From: an uncultured Acidobacteriota bacterium
GTDB lineage: Bacteria; Acidobacteriota; Vicinamibacteria; Vicinamibacterales; UBA8438
Assembly (NCBI GenBank): GCA_913043225.1
Contig: CAJWLU010000001.1
Span: 352,001 to 416,000, forward strand
Length of the DNA stretch: 64,000 bases
Reading direction: 5' to 3'
The notes beneath the pieces were generated by a model that saw only the letters and a program-made list of their open reading frames with translations, had not been told where the DNA came from and made no database searches. Shown one piece after another: positions 29,259 to 38,806 of the stretch; within the stretch, counting starts at the first letter, position 1, and each line of letters opens with the position of its first letter. The translations under genes were made by a program, and so were the position numbers.

Positions 29259-32200
29259 TTACGCCTGCCCGAGTTGCACCGAAATCAACTTCGAGACTCC
29301 GGGCTCCTCCATGGTCACGCCATACATCCTGTCGGCGATCTCCATCGTCTTACGATTGTGGGTAACGAGGATGAACTGGGTGTCAGTCTGCATCCCGCGA
29401 AGCATCTGCACGAACCGGCCGATGTTCGCCTCATCGAGCGGCGCGTCGATCTCGTCAAGGAGACAGAATGGGCTCGGCCTGTACTTGAAGATGGCGAACA
29501 TCAGTGCCATCGCCGACAACGCCTTCTCGCCGCCAGAGAGCAGCTGAATGCTCTGGAGGCGCTTCCCCGGGGGCTGGGCGATGATGTCGATCCCGCTCTC
29601 GAGCAGATCACTCTCGTCGAGCAGGACGAGCCCGGCGCGCCCTCCACCAAAAAGCGTAGAGAACGTCTTCTGAAAATGGAGATTGATCGCATCGAATGCC
29701 TCGCGGAACCGCTCCCGCGTCGTCCGATTGATCCGCGCGATGGCATCACCGGTAGCCTTGATCGACTCGACCAGATCCTGCCGCTGCGTGGTGAGAAACT
29801 CGTAGCGCTGATCGAGGTCGTCGAACTCCTCGATGGCCATCATATTCACCGGCCCCATCCGATCGATCTTGTCCTTCAGCGCGGCAATGCTCTCTTCCAC
29901 GCTCATGGGCCCGAGCCGCGTAGAGGCGTCGTCAGAGACCGCCTCACTATCTGATTCCTGAGCCTCGCCAGCAACCTCATCGTCCTCTTCACCCGCGCTA
30001 GGCTCGATAGAAATATTGACGACGTCGGCACTGACCAAGCCCTCGGCTTCCAGCTCGGTCATCCGGGTGGTGACTTCGGCCAGACTCATCTGCAACGTGT
30101 CCCGGCAACTTTCTTCGAGATGCCCCAGGTCACTCTCGGCGGTCGCGCGAGCCACATCAAGCTCGGCGACATGCGAACGCATCTCCTCCCGGTACGTCCT
30201 GGCCTCGCGCACCTCGCCTTCCCGGCCCTCAAGACTGGCTCGTAGGCTGAGTACCTGCTCGTCGGCCGTCTGCACGGCCGCCCGCAGGTCAGTCAGCCCG
30301 GCAATGTCGGCATCGAGCTGCTGCTTAGAACCTGCCACGGTCTCGATCAAAGCGGTACGCTCGGTACCCGCACGCGCATGATCCGCCGCCCGACGCTCCA
30401 GACGGCCTTCGAGTTCCTGACCGACCAGCTCGAGGCGCAATGCCGTTGCCTCGAGCGCCGACGCGCGCTCGACCAACGCGGCATGCGCCGCCTTGGCCTC
30501 GGCTACCTCGGTGCCCAGGGTGTCGATCGACTCGCGGGCGTCCATTACGCGACGCTGCGCGGCAGTCAGCTTCTCGTCGGCGGCTCGCTGCTCCGCCTCA
30601 AGTCTCGCGATGGACGTCTCGGCGTCGGTGCGACGCGTGTCGAGTGCCGACAGCTCTTCGTCCGTAGTCCGGCGCTCGGTCTCGATCACTTCACGCTTCC
30701 GCTCGAGACGCTCAGCGTCCTCGTCATGCGCCGCGCGCTGCATCTCGTGTCCGAGCAGCGCCTTCTCCTGCTGATGGCGTTCCTCCTGGAGTTTCTCGAG
30801 GCCTTCCTCGGTCTGCCTGACCGTGAACCCCAGCTGCGTGATCTCGGCGTTGAGCACCTCCACCTGGTATCGCTCGGATTCGATCCGCCCCTCCAACTCG
30901 CGGAGCTCTCGCTTCGTCGCGAGGATACCCAGACCGTCCTCGCTTGCTCCCCCGCTGACCAGTGTCCGCCCCCGGAACACGTCACCCTCCGGGCTGGCGA
31001 CCGGAGCCGTCGTCTCCAACGCCGCTTGCGCCGCAGCCTCGAACGAGTCGGCGAGCCAGTGCCCGGCCAGAGTCGAGCGGATAGCAGCGGCATCGGGGCC
31101 GCTCACTCGGACGACGTCCGACACCGGGCGCACACCGGGCGCGGGGGGCGCCGGCGTCGCAGCCTCGACGGGAGCGTCTGCCACCAAGAACCCCACCCGG
31201 CCCGCACCATGTCGGCGCGCCGCCTCGAGACCAGCCTGCGCATCAGCCCGTGAGGCCACGATTACGTGCTGCAGCAGGTCGCCCAGACACGCCTCGACCC
31301 CACGCTCCAGACCAGGGTCCACCTCGAGATGGTCGGCCACGGCGCCCAGGTGCCTGACGCCCGCCCCGCCGTCCGCCAACAGCGAACGAGCCGCATCCGA
31401 GTACCCGGCGCGGCTCTTCTCGAGATCGCGCAGCGAGGTCAATCGCCCATCGAGCGCCGCCAGTTGCTGCTCGCGCTCTCGCAGCGCGCCTACCCGTGTC
31501 TCGCGAGTGTTGCGAAGCGATGCCAGCTCGGCATCCCGTGCCGCGATGGCCGACTCGAGCCGCTCCAGTTCACCACGGGTAGTCCGCTCCTCCTCTGACA
31601 CCTGCCGGCGCGCCTGATCGAGGAACTCGGTCTCCGTCGCTAGATCCCTTGATTCGGCATCGAGCTTGGCCACGACTTCGCCGAGTCTCGTCTGCCCGGC
31701 GGTCGCGTGCTCGACCGCATGCCGCAGTGCCGTCACCGCATTGATAACCGCGAAGACCTCGTTTCTCGCCGCCTCGACGTCGCCTTCAAGCCCTTCGAGT
31801 GCCTGCTGCGCCTCGACCAGAGACTGTTCCTTCCGCCGCAGGGTCGTGCCAACCTCGTCGCGCTCGGTACCGCAGCGCTCGGCGTCGGCCGCGTGCGCAT
31901 CGAGCTCACGGCGCGCCGGCTCACGGCGCGCGCGGAGATCTTCGAGCTCCTCCCTCAGTTCGGTTAGCGTCACCGCCAGCGTATCGATCTGCTGGCTGTC
32001 GTAGGTAATCTGCTGCTGCCGTCGCTCGACCTCCAGTTCGCGGGCATGGGCAGCGTCGCGCGCCGAGGTTGCGCCCGTCTCGGCCTCGGTTAACTCGATC
32101 TGACAGCGCTCCCGCTCCCCCTCGACTCGGGCCAGTTCTGCGGCCGCCGCCTCGTCGCGCTCGCGGGCAGCCTCCAGCCGGCGCCGCGCCGCCTCGATCG

Positions 32201-33005
32201 CGTCGGCCAACGCACGCTGGCGACGGGCAAACCCCACCGTCTCCCACCGCCGCAGCTCCTCACGAAGGCGCCGGTAGCGACGAGCCTTGGCAGCCTGTCT
32301 TTTGAGCGACCGGCGCTGCTTCTCGACCTCATAAATGATGTCGTCAACCCGAGTCAGGTTCTGTTCCGCCGCCTCCAACTTGAGTTCTGCAGCGCGGCGG
32401 CGGCTCTTGTACTTGGTGACCCCTGCCGCTTCTTCGAGCAGCTGGCGACGCTCGGTCGGGCGAGCCCCAAGGATCTGTCCGATCTTGCCCTGCTCGATCA
32501 CCGCGTAGGCCTTGACTCCGACCCCGGAATCCATCAGCAGGTCCTGCACGTCGCGCAGCCGGCAGACCTTGCCATCGATCAGGTACTCGCTCTCGCCAGA
32601 TCGGTACAGCCGGCGGCCGACCTCGACATCCCGGGTGATGAGCGGGAGCAGGTCGTCGACGTCCTCGTCGTCGGTCGCGGTTGGAGCGGCAGCCTCTTCG
32701 TCGGCCTGTGCATCGACGCCGCCGACCGTGCCAGGAGCAGCGTTGACCTTGGCCAGGAACAGCTTCACCTCGGCGGTGCCGGTCGGTTTCCGGGCATCGC
32801 TCCCGCCGAAGATCACGTCCTCCATACGCTCGCCACGGAGACTCTTGGCGCTCTGCTCGCCCAGCACCCAGGTGATGGCATCGATGACGTTGCTCTTACC
32901 GCACCCATTAGGGCCCACGATGGCGGTCACGCCATCGTCAAAGGCCAGATTGGCCCGCTCGGGAAAGCTCTTAAAACCGAAGATTTCGAGGCTCTGCAGA
33001 CGCAT
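29259..33005 (-). CDS. smc: Chromosome segregation protein SMC
   Basis: GFKSF, GPNGCGKSN, coiled coils and hinge, LSGGEK, LDEIDAPLD. Confidence 0.97.
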   Translation of the reverse strand: MRLQSLEIFGFKSFPERANLAFDDGVTAIVGPNGCGKSNVIDAITWVLGEQSAKSLRGERMEDVIFGGSDARKPTGTAEVKLFLAKVNAAPGTVGGVDAQADEEAAAPTATDDEDVDDLLPLITRDVEVGRRLYRSGESEYLIDGKVCRLRDVQDLLMDSGVGVKAYAVIEQGKIGQILGARPTERRQLLEEAAGVTKYKSRRRAAELKLEAAEQNLTRVDDIIYEVEKQRRSLKRQAAKARRYRRLREELRRWETVGFARRQRALADAIEAARRRLEAARERDEAAAAELARVEGERERCQIELTEAETGATSARDAAHARELEVERRQQQITYDSQQIDTLAVTLTELREELEDLRARREPARRELDAHAADAERCGTERDEVGTTLRRKEQSLVEAQQALEGLEGDVEAARNEVFAVINAVTALRHAVEHATAGQTRLGEVVAKLDAESRDLATETEFLDQARRQVSEEERTTRGELERLESAIAARDAELASLRNTRETRVGALREREQQLAALDGRLTSLRDLEKSRAGYSDAARSLLADGGAGVRHLGAVADHLEVDPGLERGVEACLGDLLQHVIVASRADAQAGLEAARRHGAGRVGFLVADAPVEAATPAPPAPGVRPVSDVVRVSGPDAAAIRSTLAGHWLADSFEAAAQAALETTAPVASPEGDVFRGRTLVSGGASEDGLGILATKRELRELEGRIESERYQVEVLNAEITQLGFTVRQTEEGLEKLQEERHQQEKALLGHEMQRAAHDEDAERLERKREVIETERRTTDEELSALDTRRTDAETSIARLEAEQRAADEKLTAAQRRVMDARESIDTLGTEVAEAKAAHAALVERASALEATALRLELVGQELEGRLERRAADHARAGTERTALIETVAGSKQQLDADIAGLTDLRAAVQTADEQVLSLRASLEGREGEVREARTYREEMRSHVAELDVARATAESDLGHLEESCRDTLQMSLAEVTTRMTELEAEGLVSADVVNISIEPSAGEEDDEVAGEAQESDSEAVSDDASTRLGPMSVEESIAALKDKIDRMGPVNMMAIEEFDDLDQRYEFLTTQRQDLVESIKATGDAIARINRTTRERFREAFDAINLHFQKTFSTLFGGGRAGLVLLDESDLLESGIDIIAQPPGKRLQSIQLLSGGEKALSAMALMFAIFKYRPSPFCLLDEIDAPLDEANIGRFVQMLRGMQTDTQFILVTHNRKTMEIADRMYGVTMEEPGVSKLISVQLGQA

Positions 33006-33281
33006 CGGACAGGCTCACTCCCCGTTGCCGGACCGCCTCGGCGGCGATTCCAGCGTACACGACAACAGCCGCTCGTAAGTGGAGTGCGGGCACCCCGTGT
33101 AAGCGGCTGGGATCGATCCGAAACAGGCAGACGACAACGGGACGGACAGGTCGGGTCGGCAGCGGACAAGCCGCCTCGAAGGAAGCGGCCCGCTCAGACC
33201 CATCGACGAAGACGCATCGGCGAAAAGCGAATCAACGCTGAGTTGGACACGCCCGCCTGAGCGCGTCAAGGACCAAACAGG

Positions 33282-33310
33282 AGTGTACCAGGGCCGCGCG
33301 CGGTGGACAA
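33282..33310 (-). promoter_or_regulatory. Sigma70-type promoter upstream of smc
   Basis: TTGTCC - 17 nt - TACACT with extended TG on the minus strand. Confidence 0.55.
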
Positions 33311-33314
33311 CCCG

Positions 33315-34946
33315 TTACCGGAGCGCCGCCACGACTGCGCCCCCCTGCGACACCTCGAGCAGACGCTCAGCCTCGTCGAACTGAGTCAGGGCGAACTGGG
33401 CCTGAGGGTCGCTGAAGGTGAGGTTACGGCGTGCCTCCTCGACACCGAACAGAGCCAGGTCGATCTCGAAGTGGAGCTTGGCCTTGATGAAATCGAGGTT
33501 CTCCGCAAACGCTTCGTCCTCAACGGTCAGCCCTCGGGACTCGAGCTGCGTCCTGAACTCGGCCAGCATCTCGTCGTCCACCTCGAAACCGGGCGACACG
33601 TAGCGTCGGTCGCGACCCACGGCCTGGATCCGATTGTCTCCCACGGCGAGGAACCGCTCAGCGAAGAACGCGAACTCCTGCCGCGCCGCCAGGAACCGGC
33701 CAAAATCGGAGGGATCGAAACCGTCGATCGGCCCAGCCATGAAGTAATCCGGCTCGACCCCACCACCGCCATACACCTCCCGGCCGCTGTCGGTAAATCG
33801 CCGCTCGCTGACATCGCGAGACGCCGGCTCCTGGTCCCTGAGCGAGTAGGTCAGATACTCGTCGAAGGCATCATCCCACGGCCGCTGAATCATGCGGCCG
33901 CTCGGCGTGTAGTAGCGCGCGGTCGTCAGCGCCAGACCCGCTTCCTGGCTGACCCGGTAGATCGACTGGACCAGCGCCTTGCCGAACGTGGTCTCGCCCA
34001 CCACGAGCCCGCGGTCGTGATCCTGTATCGCGCCCGACACGATCTCAGAGGCGCTCGCGCTGTTGCGGTTGACGAGGACCACCAGTGGTATGTCCATGTG
34101 GTCGCCATCGTCGCGCGCGTGGTAGTCCTGGTCAGAATTCTGGATGCGGCCCCTGGTGTAGACGATCAGGTCACCGCGCGGCAGGAACTCGTTCGAGACC
34201 CGGATCGCTTGGTCGAGCGGTCCGCCTGGATTGTCCCGGAGATCCAGCAGCAGGCGCTCCATGCCCAGCTCATCGAGCCTGGCCAGCGCCTCGCGCAACT
34301 CGGCCGAGCTGGTTTCAGAGAAGTCGCCCAAACGCAGATAGCCAACCGACTGGTCGACCATGAAAGCGCCCTCGACGGTGGGGATGTTAATCTCGTCCCG
34401 CTCGACCTCTAGGTCGATCAATTCGTCGTAGCCGCGACGGCGGATAGAGACCATGACGGTACTGCCCCTCGGGCCGCGCAGCTGGTTGACCGCCTCCTGA
34501 CTAGTGATGCCGGTGGCGTCCTCACCCGAGATCCTGGCAATCACGTCCCCCCGACGGATGCCCTTCCGGTAGGCGGGCGATCCCTCGAAGAGATTCATGA
34601 CCGTGATACCGCCATCGATGACGTTGATCGAGATGCCGAGGCCGTAGTAGCGGCCTTCCTGCCGCTCTCTCAGCTGGGCGTAGGACCGCGGATCCATGAA
34701 GCTCGAGTGCGGATCGAGCGTCTGCAACATGCCACCGATGGCGCGGTAGACGAGCTGCTCGGAATCGGCCTCGCCGACATACGTGGTCTCGATCGCGGCT
34801 AACGCGGTCGTAAACGTGTTGAACTGCTCATCGAGACTGTCCTGACCGGCCAAGACCTGGCCGCCGAACAACCCGCCGGCCACCGCTGCAAGTACGACTA
34901 CCGCCACGGTCATCGTCAGAGCGCTCAAGCCACGCGTCCCATTCAT
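33315..34946 (-). CDS. S41 family C-terminal processing protease (CtpA/Prc-like)
   Basis: LDPHS, PDZ, DLRDNPGG, SASASEI, TFGK. Confidence 0.93.
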   Translation of the reverse strand: MNGTRGLSALTMTVAVVVLAAVAGGLFGGQVLAGQDSLDEQFNTFTTALAAIETTYVGEADSEQLVYRAIGGMLQTLDPHSSFMDPRSYAQLRERQEGRYYGLGISINVIDGGITVMNLFEGSPAYRKGIRRGDVIARISGEDATGITSQEAVNQLRGPRGSTVMVSIRRRGYDELIDLEVERDEINIPTVEGAFMVDQSVGYLRLGDFSETSSAELREALARLDELGMERLLLDLRDNPGGPLDQAIRVSNEFLPRGDLIVYTRGRIQNSDQDYHARDDGDHMDIPLVVLVNRNSASASEIVSGAIQDHDRGLVVGETTFGKALVQSIYRVSQEAGLALTTARYYTPSGRMIQRPWDDAFDEYLTYSLRDQEPASRDVSERRFTDSGREVYGGGGVEPDYFMAGPIDGFDPSDFGRFLAARQEFAFFAERFLAVGDNRIQAVGRDRRYVSPGFEVDDEMLAEFRTQLESRGLTVEDEAFAENLDFIKAKLHFEIDLALFGVEEARRNLTFSDPQAQFALTQFDEAERLLEVSQGGAVVAALR

Positions 34947-35193
34947 AGGTATGATGCTAACAGATATGCTGGGGTCCTCAGGGACAAAGGTAGCCCGAGT
35001 TCCCTCGAAACCCGTACCACTGCACCGTCGAAGAACTGGACCCGCCAGGCTGGTCGTTCCTATAATGTGAGGACCGAGATGTGAGGGGTGTCCGATACAG
35101 GTTCGACACCGTAGCTGCCAACGGGACAGACGTGCCGCCCCGCCGTGGCGTTACCTCGGGACGCGGACGACGCACAGAGAGGGAGTCGCGATC

Positions 35194-35553
35194 ATGTTTG
35201 GTTCGATCGGGATGTCGGAATTGCTCATCATCTTCGTGATCGCATTGATCGTTTTCGGGCCGAGGAAGCTCCCGGAATTGGGACGGTCTCTAGGCAAGAG
35301 CCTCGGCGAGTTCAAGCGGGCGTCGAACGACCTCCGGAACACGCTAGAGGAAGAAATCAACGTCGAGGATCAGGCTCGCAAGACCGAGCAGTCGACGGCG
35401 CCAGAGCCGGCCGCGAGCATGCCTCCCGAAGACCCCGATCGTGAGGACGTCCAGCATCTAGGCACCCAGGCCGGGCACGAGTCCAACAAGGCAGCGCCGA
35501 CCACGGCCAATGCCGACTCGACGTCTGATCAGGCTCCAACCACCGCCGTCTGA
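35194..35553 (+). CDS. Twin-arginine translocase TatA/TatB family subunit
   Basis: ELLIIFVIALIVFGPRKLPELGRSLG; upstream of tatC. Confidence 0.92.
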   Translation: MFGSIGMSELLIIFVIALIVFGPRKLPELGRSLGKSLGEFKRASNDLRNTLEEEINVEDQARKTEQSTAPEPAASMPPEDPDREDVQHLGTQAGHESNKAAPTTANADSTSDQAPTTAV

Positions 35554-35582
35554 CTGCGTCGCGTTCGCCGGCACCTCACTCC

Positions 35583-36398
35583 ATGTCCGCACTCGCTGCG
35601 ACCGGCTCACCCGATCCGGACCAGGAGCCGTTCGACGACGCCATGGAAGACGAGTTCGATGGCGCCGGCGGCCGGATGTCCTTTCTGGATCATCTCGACG
35701 AGCTGCGCCGACGGCTGGTCACCGCGGTCACCGCCATCTTCGTCGGGTTCCTAGTCGCCTTTGCGTTCATCAACCCGATCTTCGAGTTCATCATGCGGCC
35801 GCTGCAGGAGATCCTGCCCGAAGGCGGCGAACTGGTTTATACCGAGCCGACCGAAGCGTTCTTTCTCTACATCAAGATCGCGGCCCTGGTCGGCTTGATC
35901 CTAGCCATCCCGGTGGTGCTGCTCCAACTGTGGCGTTTCGTCGCCCCTGGGCTCTACGGGCACGAGAAGAAGTTCGCGATTCCGTTCGTGGCACTGGCCA
36001 GCCTGTTCTTCGTGGGAGGCTGCCTGTTCTCCCACTACCTGCTCTTCCCGGTCGCCTGGCGGTTCCTTGGCGGATTCTCCACCGACTACATGACGTTCAT
36101 GCCCAGGATCCAGCCCGCCTTCTCACTCTATGTGCGGTTGATGCTGGCCTGCGGCGTCGTTTTCCAGATGCCGACACTCGTATTCTTCCTCGCCCGGGTA
36201 GGTGCCGTAACGGCCTCGTTTCTTACGCGCAATACCAAGTACGCGATCCTTATCATCTTCATCATCGCGGCCGTGCTGACCCCAACCGGAGACCCGGTGA
36301 CCTTGATGCTGATGGCCGGGCCGATGATGGCACTCTATGCGCTGAGCATCTTCATCGCCTGGGCCGTCGCTCCGCGCCGCCCCCGAATCAGCGACTAG
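35583..36398 (+). CDS. tatC: Twin-arginine translocase subunit TatC
   Basis: MSFLDHLDELRRRL, FVAPGLY, FQMP, LTP.D. Confidence 0.96.
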   Translation: MSALAATGSPDPDQEPFDDAMEDEFDGAGGRMSFLDHLDELRRRLVTAVTAIFVGFLVAFAFINPIFEFIMRPLQEILPEGGELVYTEPTEAFFLYIKIAALVGLILAIPVVLLQLWRFVAPGLYGHEKKFAIPFVALASLFFVGGCLFSHYLLFPVAWRFLGGFSTDYMTFMPRIQPAFSLYVRLMLACGVVFQMPTLVFFLARVGAVTASFLTRNTKYAILIIFIIAAVLTPTGDPVTLMLMAGPMMALYALSIFIAWAVAPRRPRISD

Positions 36399-36469
36399 CC
36401 GCCACCAAGAGCGGAGAGGCCGTTCTTCTCCAAGTTCATGAAAACGGACGGTTTCTCGACCCCAACTGA

Positions 36470-36499
36470 TTGACTTCGTGATTGACGGGGTCGTATCAT
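36470..36499 (+). promoter_or_regulatory. Sigma70-type promoter of the OmpA-family gene
   Basis: TTGACT - 18 nt - TATCAT. Confidence 0.55.
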
Positions 36500-36552
36500 T
36501 CCGCCGACGTACCTGTGTACGCGACGTGTTGTTTCTGGAGGGTAGACCCGCG

Positions 36553-38196
36553 ATGAGACGCTTCCTTGGACCAGCAGCTCTGGCGATCGGTATGTTGCTT
36601 GCCGCCGGTGGTCTGGCCACCGCACAAGACGAAGTTGAGACCCGATCGAGCAGCACGACCTGGCTGGGCGATACCGGACTATGGTTCGTACCGACCGCCG
36701 AGATTCTTCCCGCGGGCAAAGTATCCGTCAGCGGCTACCGGGCTAACTTCGACCGAGAGCAGGGCCAGACCGACATCGCTCACTTTGTCGGCACGTTCGG
36801 TGTCGGTGTGGCCGACCGGGTCGAAATCTTCGGTTCGGTCCGGGCCGACACCCGCATTCGCCGCGACTCCCGTCCGCTGTTCGACGCGAGCGACCCGGTC
36901 TTCGGGGGCGTCCTGCAGGACTATCCTACGCTCACGGACTTCTGGAACGGTGACGACTTTGGCGACATCGTGTTCGGCGGAAAAATCAACCTGCTATCCG
37001 AACATCGCCAGCAGCCAGCCGCCGTCGCCATCCGCGGGATGATCAAGGCTCCCACGGGCAACGAGAACATCGGCAAGAGCACGGGTGAAGCGGACTTTAT
37101 GTTTGACTTCATCGCCAGCAAGAACATCAACGACAACTTCGAACTGTCCGGCTTCGGCGGCATGCTGATTCGAGGCGAACCGGCCGGTATCTCGCTCGGC
37201 AACAGTGTCCGGTGGGGGCTTGGCGCGGGCTTCCCGACCAGCAGCAGACTGAAAGTTTTTGTCGAACTCAACGGCGAGTTGCCGATGAACGACGAGGTTG
37301 TGCTGACCTCCGCCTTGCTCGGAGTCGACAAGAGCATTTCACCGCTCATCTCTCGCATCGCCACTCCCATCGACTTCAACCTCGGTCTGCAGTACCAGGC
37401 GAACAACGGTATGTTCGTCGGCGCCGGCTTCACTTACGCGCTCGGCCAGGAACGCGGCACCAACGACGGCACCGCGCCGCTCATCGGTTTCCAGGTACGA
37501 CTGGGCTACCACCCTGGTGTCCGACGCTATGTGGCACCACCTCCGCCGCCTGCGGCCGATCCGCCACAGAACCGGCCGCCGACGGTGACCGCCGAATGCG
37601 ATCCGTGCGAGGTGGAGCCGGGTGCCACCTCCCGCGTGACCGCTGCCGCCAACGACCCGGACGGCGACCCGCTGACCTACCGCTGGGCCGCCCCCACCGG
37701 CGCGCTGAATCCGACCAACCAGATGGCCACCACCTGGACCGCCCCGGACGAAGAGGGCCCAGTGCCGGTAACGGTCACCGTAGATGACGGACGCGGCGGT
37801 ACGGCCTCGGACACCGCGACGATCCGCGTAGTTGCTCCGCCGGCTCCACCGGCGCGCGAATTCGCGTTCGAGGACGTGCACTTCGACTTTGACCGCTACA
37901 CGCTCCGTCCAGGCGCCACCCGGGTCCTGGACGAGGCAATCGCGGCCATGAACGACGATGACAGCCTGAACCTTACGCTCGAGGGGCATACCTGTAACAT
38001 CGGTACCTCCGAGTACAACCAGGCTCTGGGCGAACGGCGCGCGACAGCCGTCCGTGACTACCTGACCAACCGCGGCATCGCCGCTAACCGGTTGCAGACG
38101 GTCACCTTCGGTGAGGAGCGGCCAATGCACGACAACGCTCGCGAGGAGAGTCGCCGACTGAACCGGCGCGCCGCCCTCGTCGTCCGCGTGCAATAG
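36553..38196 (+). CDS. OmpA-family outer membrane protein (beta-barrel, PKD/Ig-like domain, OmpA C-domain)
   Basis: Signal peptide; Pro linkers; DPDGDPLTYRW; VHFDFD...YNQALGERRA...NRR; GGAGG SD. Confidence 0.9.
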   Translation: MRRFLGPAALAIGMLLAAGGLATAQDEVETRSSSTTWLGDTGLWFVPTAEILPAGKVSVSGYRANFDREQGQTDIAHFVGTFGVGVADRVEIFGSVRADTRIRRDSRPLFDASDPVFGGVLQDYPTLTDFWNGDDFGDIVFGGKINLLSEHRQQPAAVAIRGMIKAPTGNENIGKSTGEADFMFDFIASKNINDNFELSGFGGMLIRGEPAGISLGNSVRWGLGAGFPTSSRLKVFVELNGELPMNDEVVLTSALLGVDKSISPLISRIATPIDFNLGLQYQANNGMFVGAGFTYALGQERGTNDGTAPLIGFQVRLGYHPGVRRYVAPPPPPAADPPQNRPPTVTAECDPCEVEPGATSRVTAAANDPDGDPLTYRWAAPTGALNPTNQMATTWTAPDEEGPVPVTVTVDDGRGGTASDTATIRVVAPPAPPAREFAFEDVHFDFDRYTLRPGATRVLDEAIAAMNDDDSLNLTLEGHTCNIGTSEYNQALGERRATAVRDYLTNRGIAANRLQTVTFGEERPMHDNAREESRRLNRRAALVVRVQ

Positions 38197-38220
38197 CGCA
38201 CCTCTGGATTCGAGCTACTC

Positions 38221-38257
38221 AAGGCGGCCGGTCTAACGACCGGCCGCCTTCTTTTTT
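38221..38257 (+). terminator. Rho-independent terminator
   Basis: Perfect 13-bp stem AAGGCGGCCGGTC-TAAC-GACCGGCCGCCTT followed by CTTTTTT. Confidence 0.85.
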
Positions 38258-38264
38258 GCCCACC

Positions 38265-38741
38265 ATGACACGTATCGTCGGACTGGCACTCGGGGCCTTG
38301 CTGATCGCCATCGAAGGCGTGGGCTCCCTCCAGCAAGCCCCTCCCCCAGACAACTCGCCACCGGTGCTCCGCTTTCTCCAACTGCGATTCCCGACCCAGG
38401 ACAATCAGCCCTTCGAGGAGCCACAGACCTATCTCCGCCAAATCGACCTGGTGCAGCACCTCACGATGCCAGGCCAACCCGAGTGGTCGCTCTATGCGGA
38501 TGTGAAGGAAGTCGCGGTCGCCGACGCCGAGCGCCTGTGGCGCACGGGCCAATTCGAGAGCCTGTGGATAGACGTGGCCGAGCGCCCCTTCGAGAACGGC
38601 GTCGCTGGAATACTCGTGGCGTTCAACTTCGTCGAGCGGCCAGAGCCTCTGGTCCCGTCGGCCGAAACCCTGCCCGTACCGCCCGAGGCCTTCGCCCAGC
38701 CGCCCGCCGGCGCCACCCGGCTCTACCCGCCTCCCCGCTGA
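38265..38741 (+). CDS. Secreted protein resembling a single POTRA domain
   Basis: Signal peptide; D-x2-RLW-x-TG-x-F-x2-(L/V)-x-(I/V)...(V)-x-ERP pattern typical of POTRA domains. Confidence 0.6.
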   Translation: MTRIVGLALGALLIAIEGVGSLQQAPPPDNSPPVLRFLQLRFPTQDNQPFEEPQTYLRQIDLVQHLTMPGQPEWSLYADVKEVAVADAERLWRTGQFESLWIDVAERPFENGVAGILVAFNFVERPEPLVPSAETLPVPPEAFAQPPAGATRLYPPPR

Positions 38742-38806
38742 TTGGGAGACAGGGCGAGCCTTCTGGCCCACCATCAACCACCCTGCCCCCAATCAAAGGC
38801 CGGACC

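Noticed and set aside
33015..33269. 84-aa ORF upstream of smc
   Set aside because: TTG start without SD, atypical composition and no motif; treated as non-coding leader
35087..35112. tRNA-like GGTTCGA in the tat leader
   Set aside because: No T-stem closure, D-arm, anticodon arm or acceptor stem; just a small hairpin
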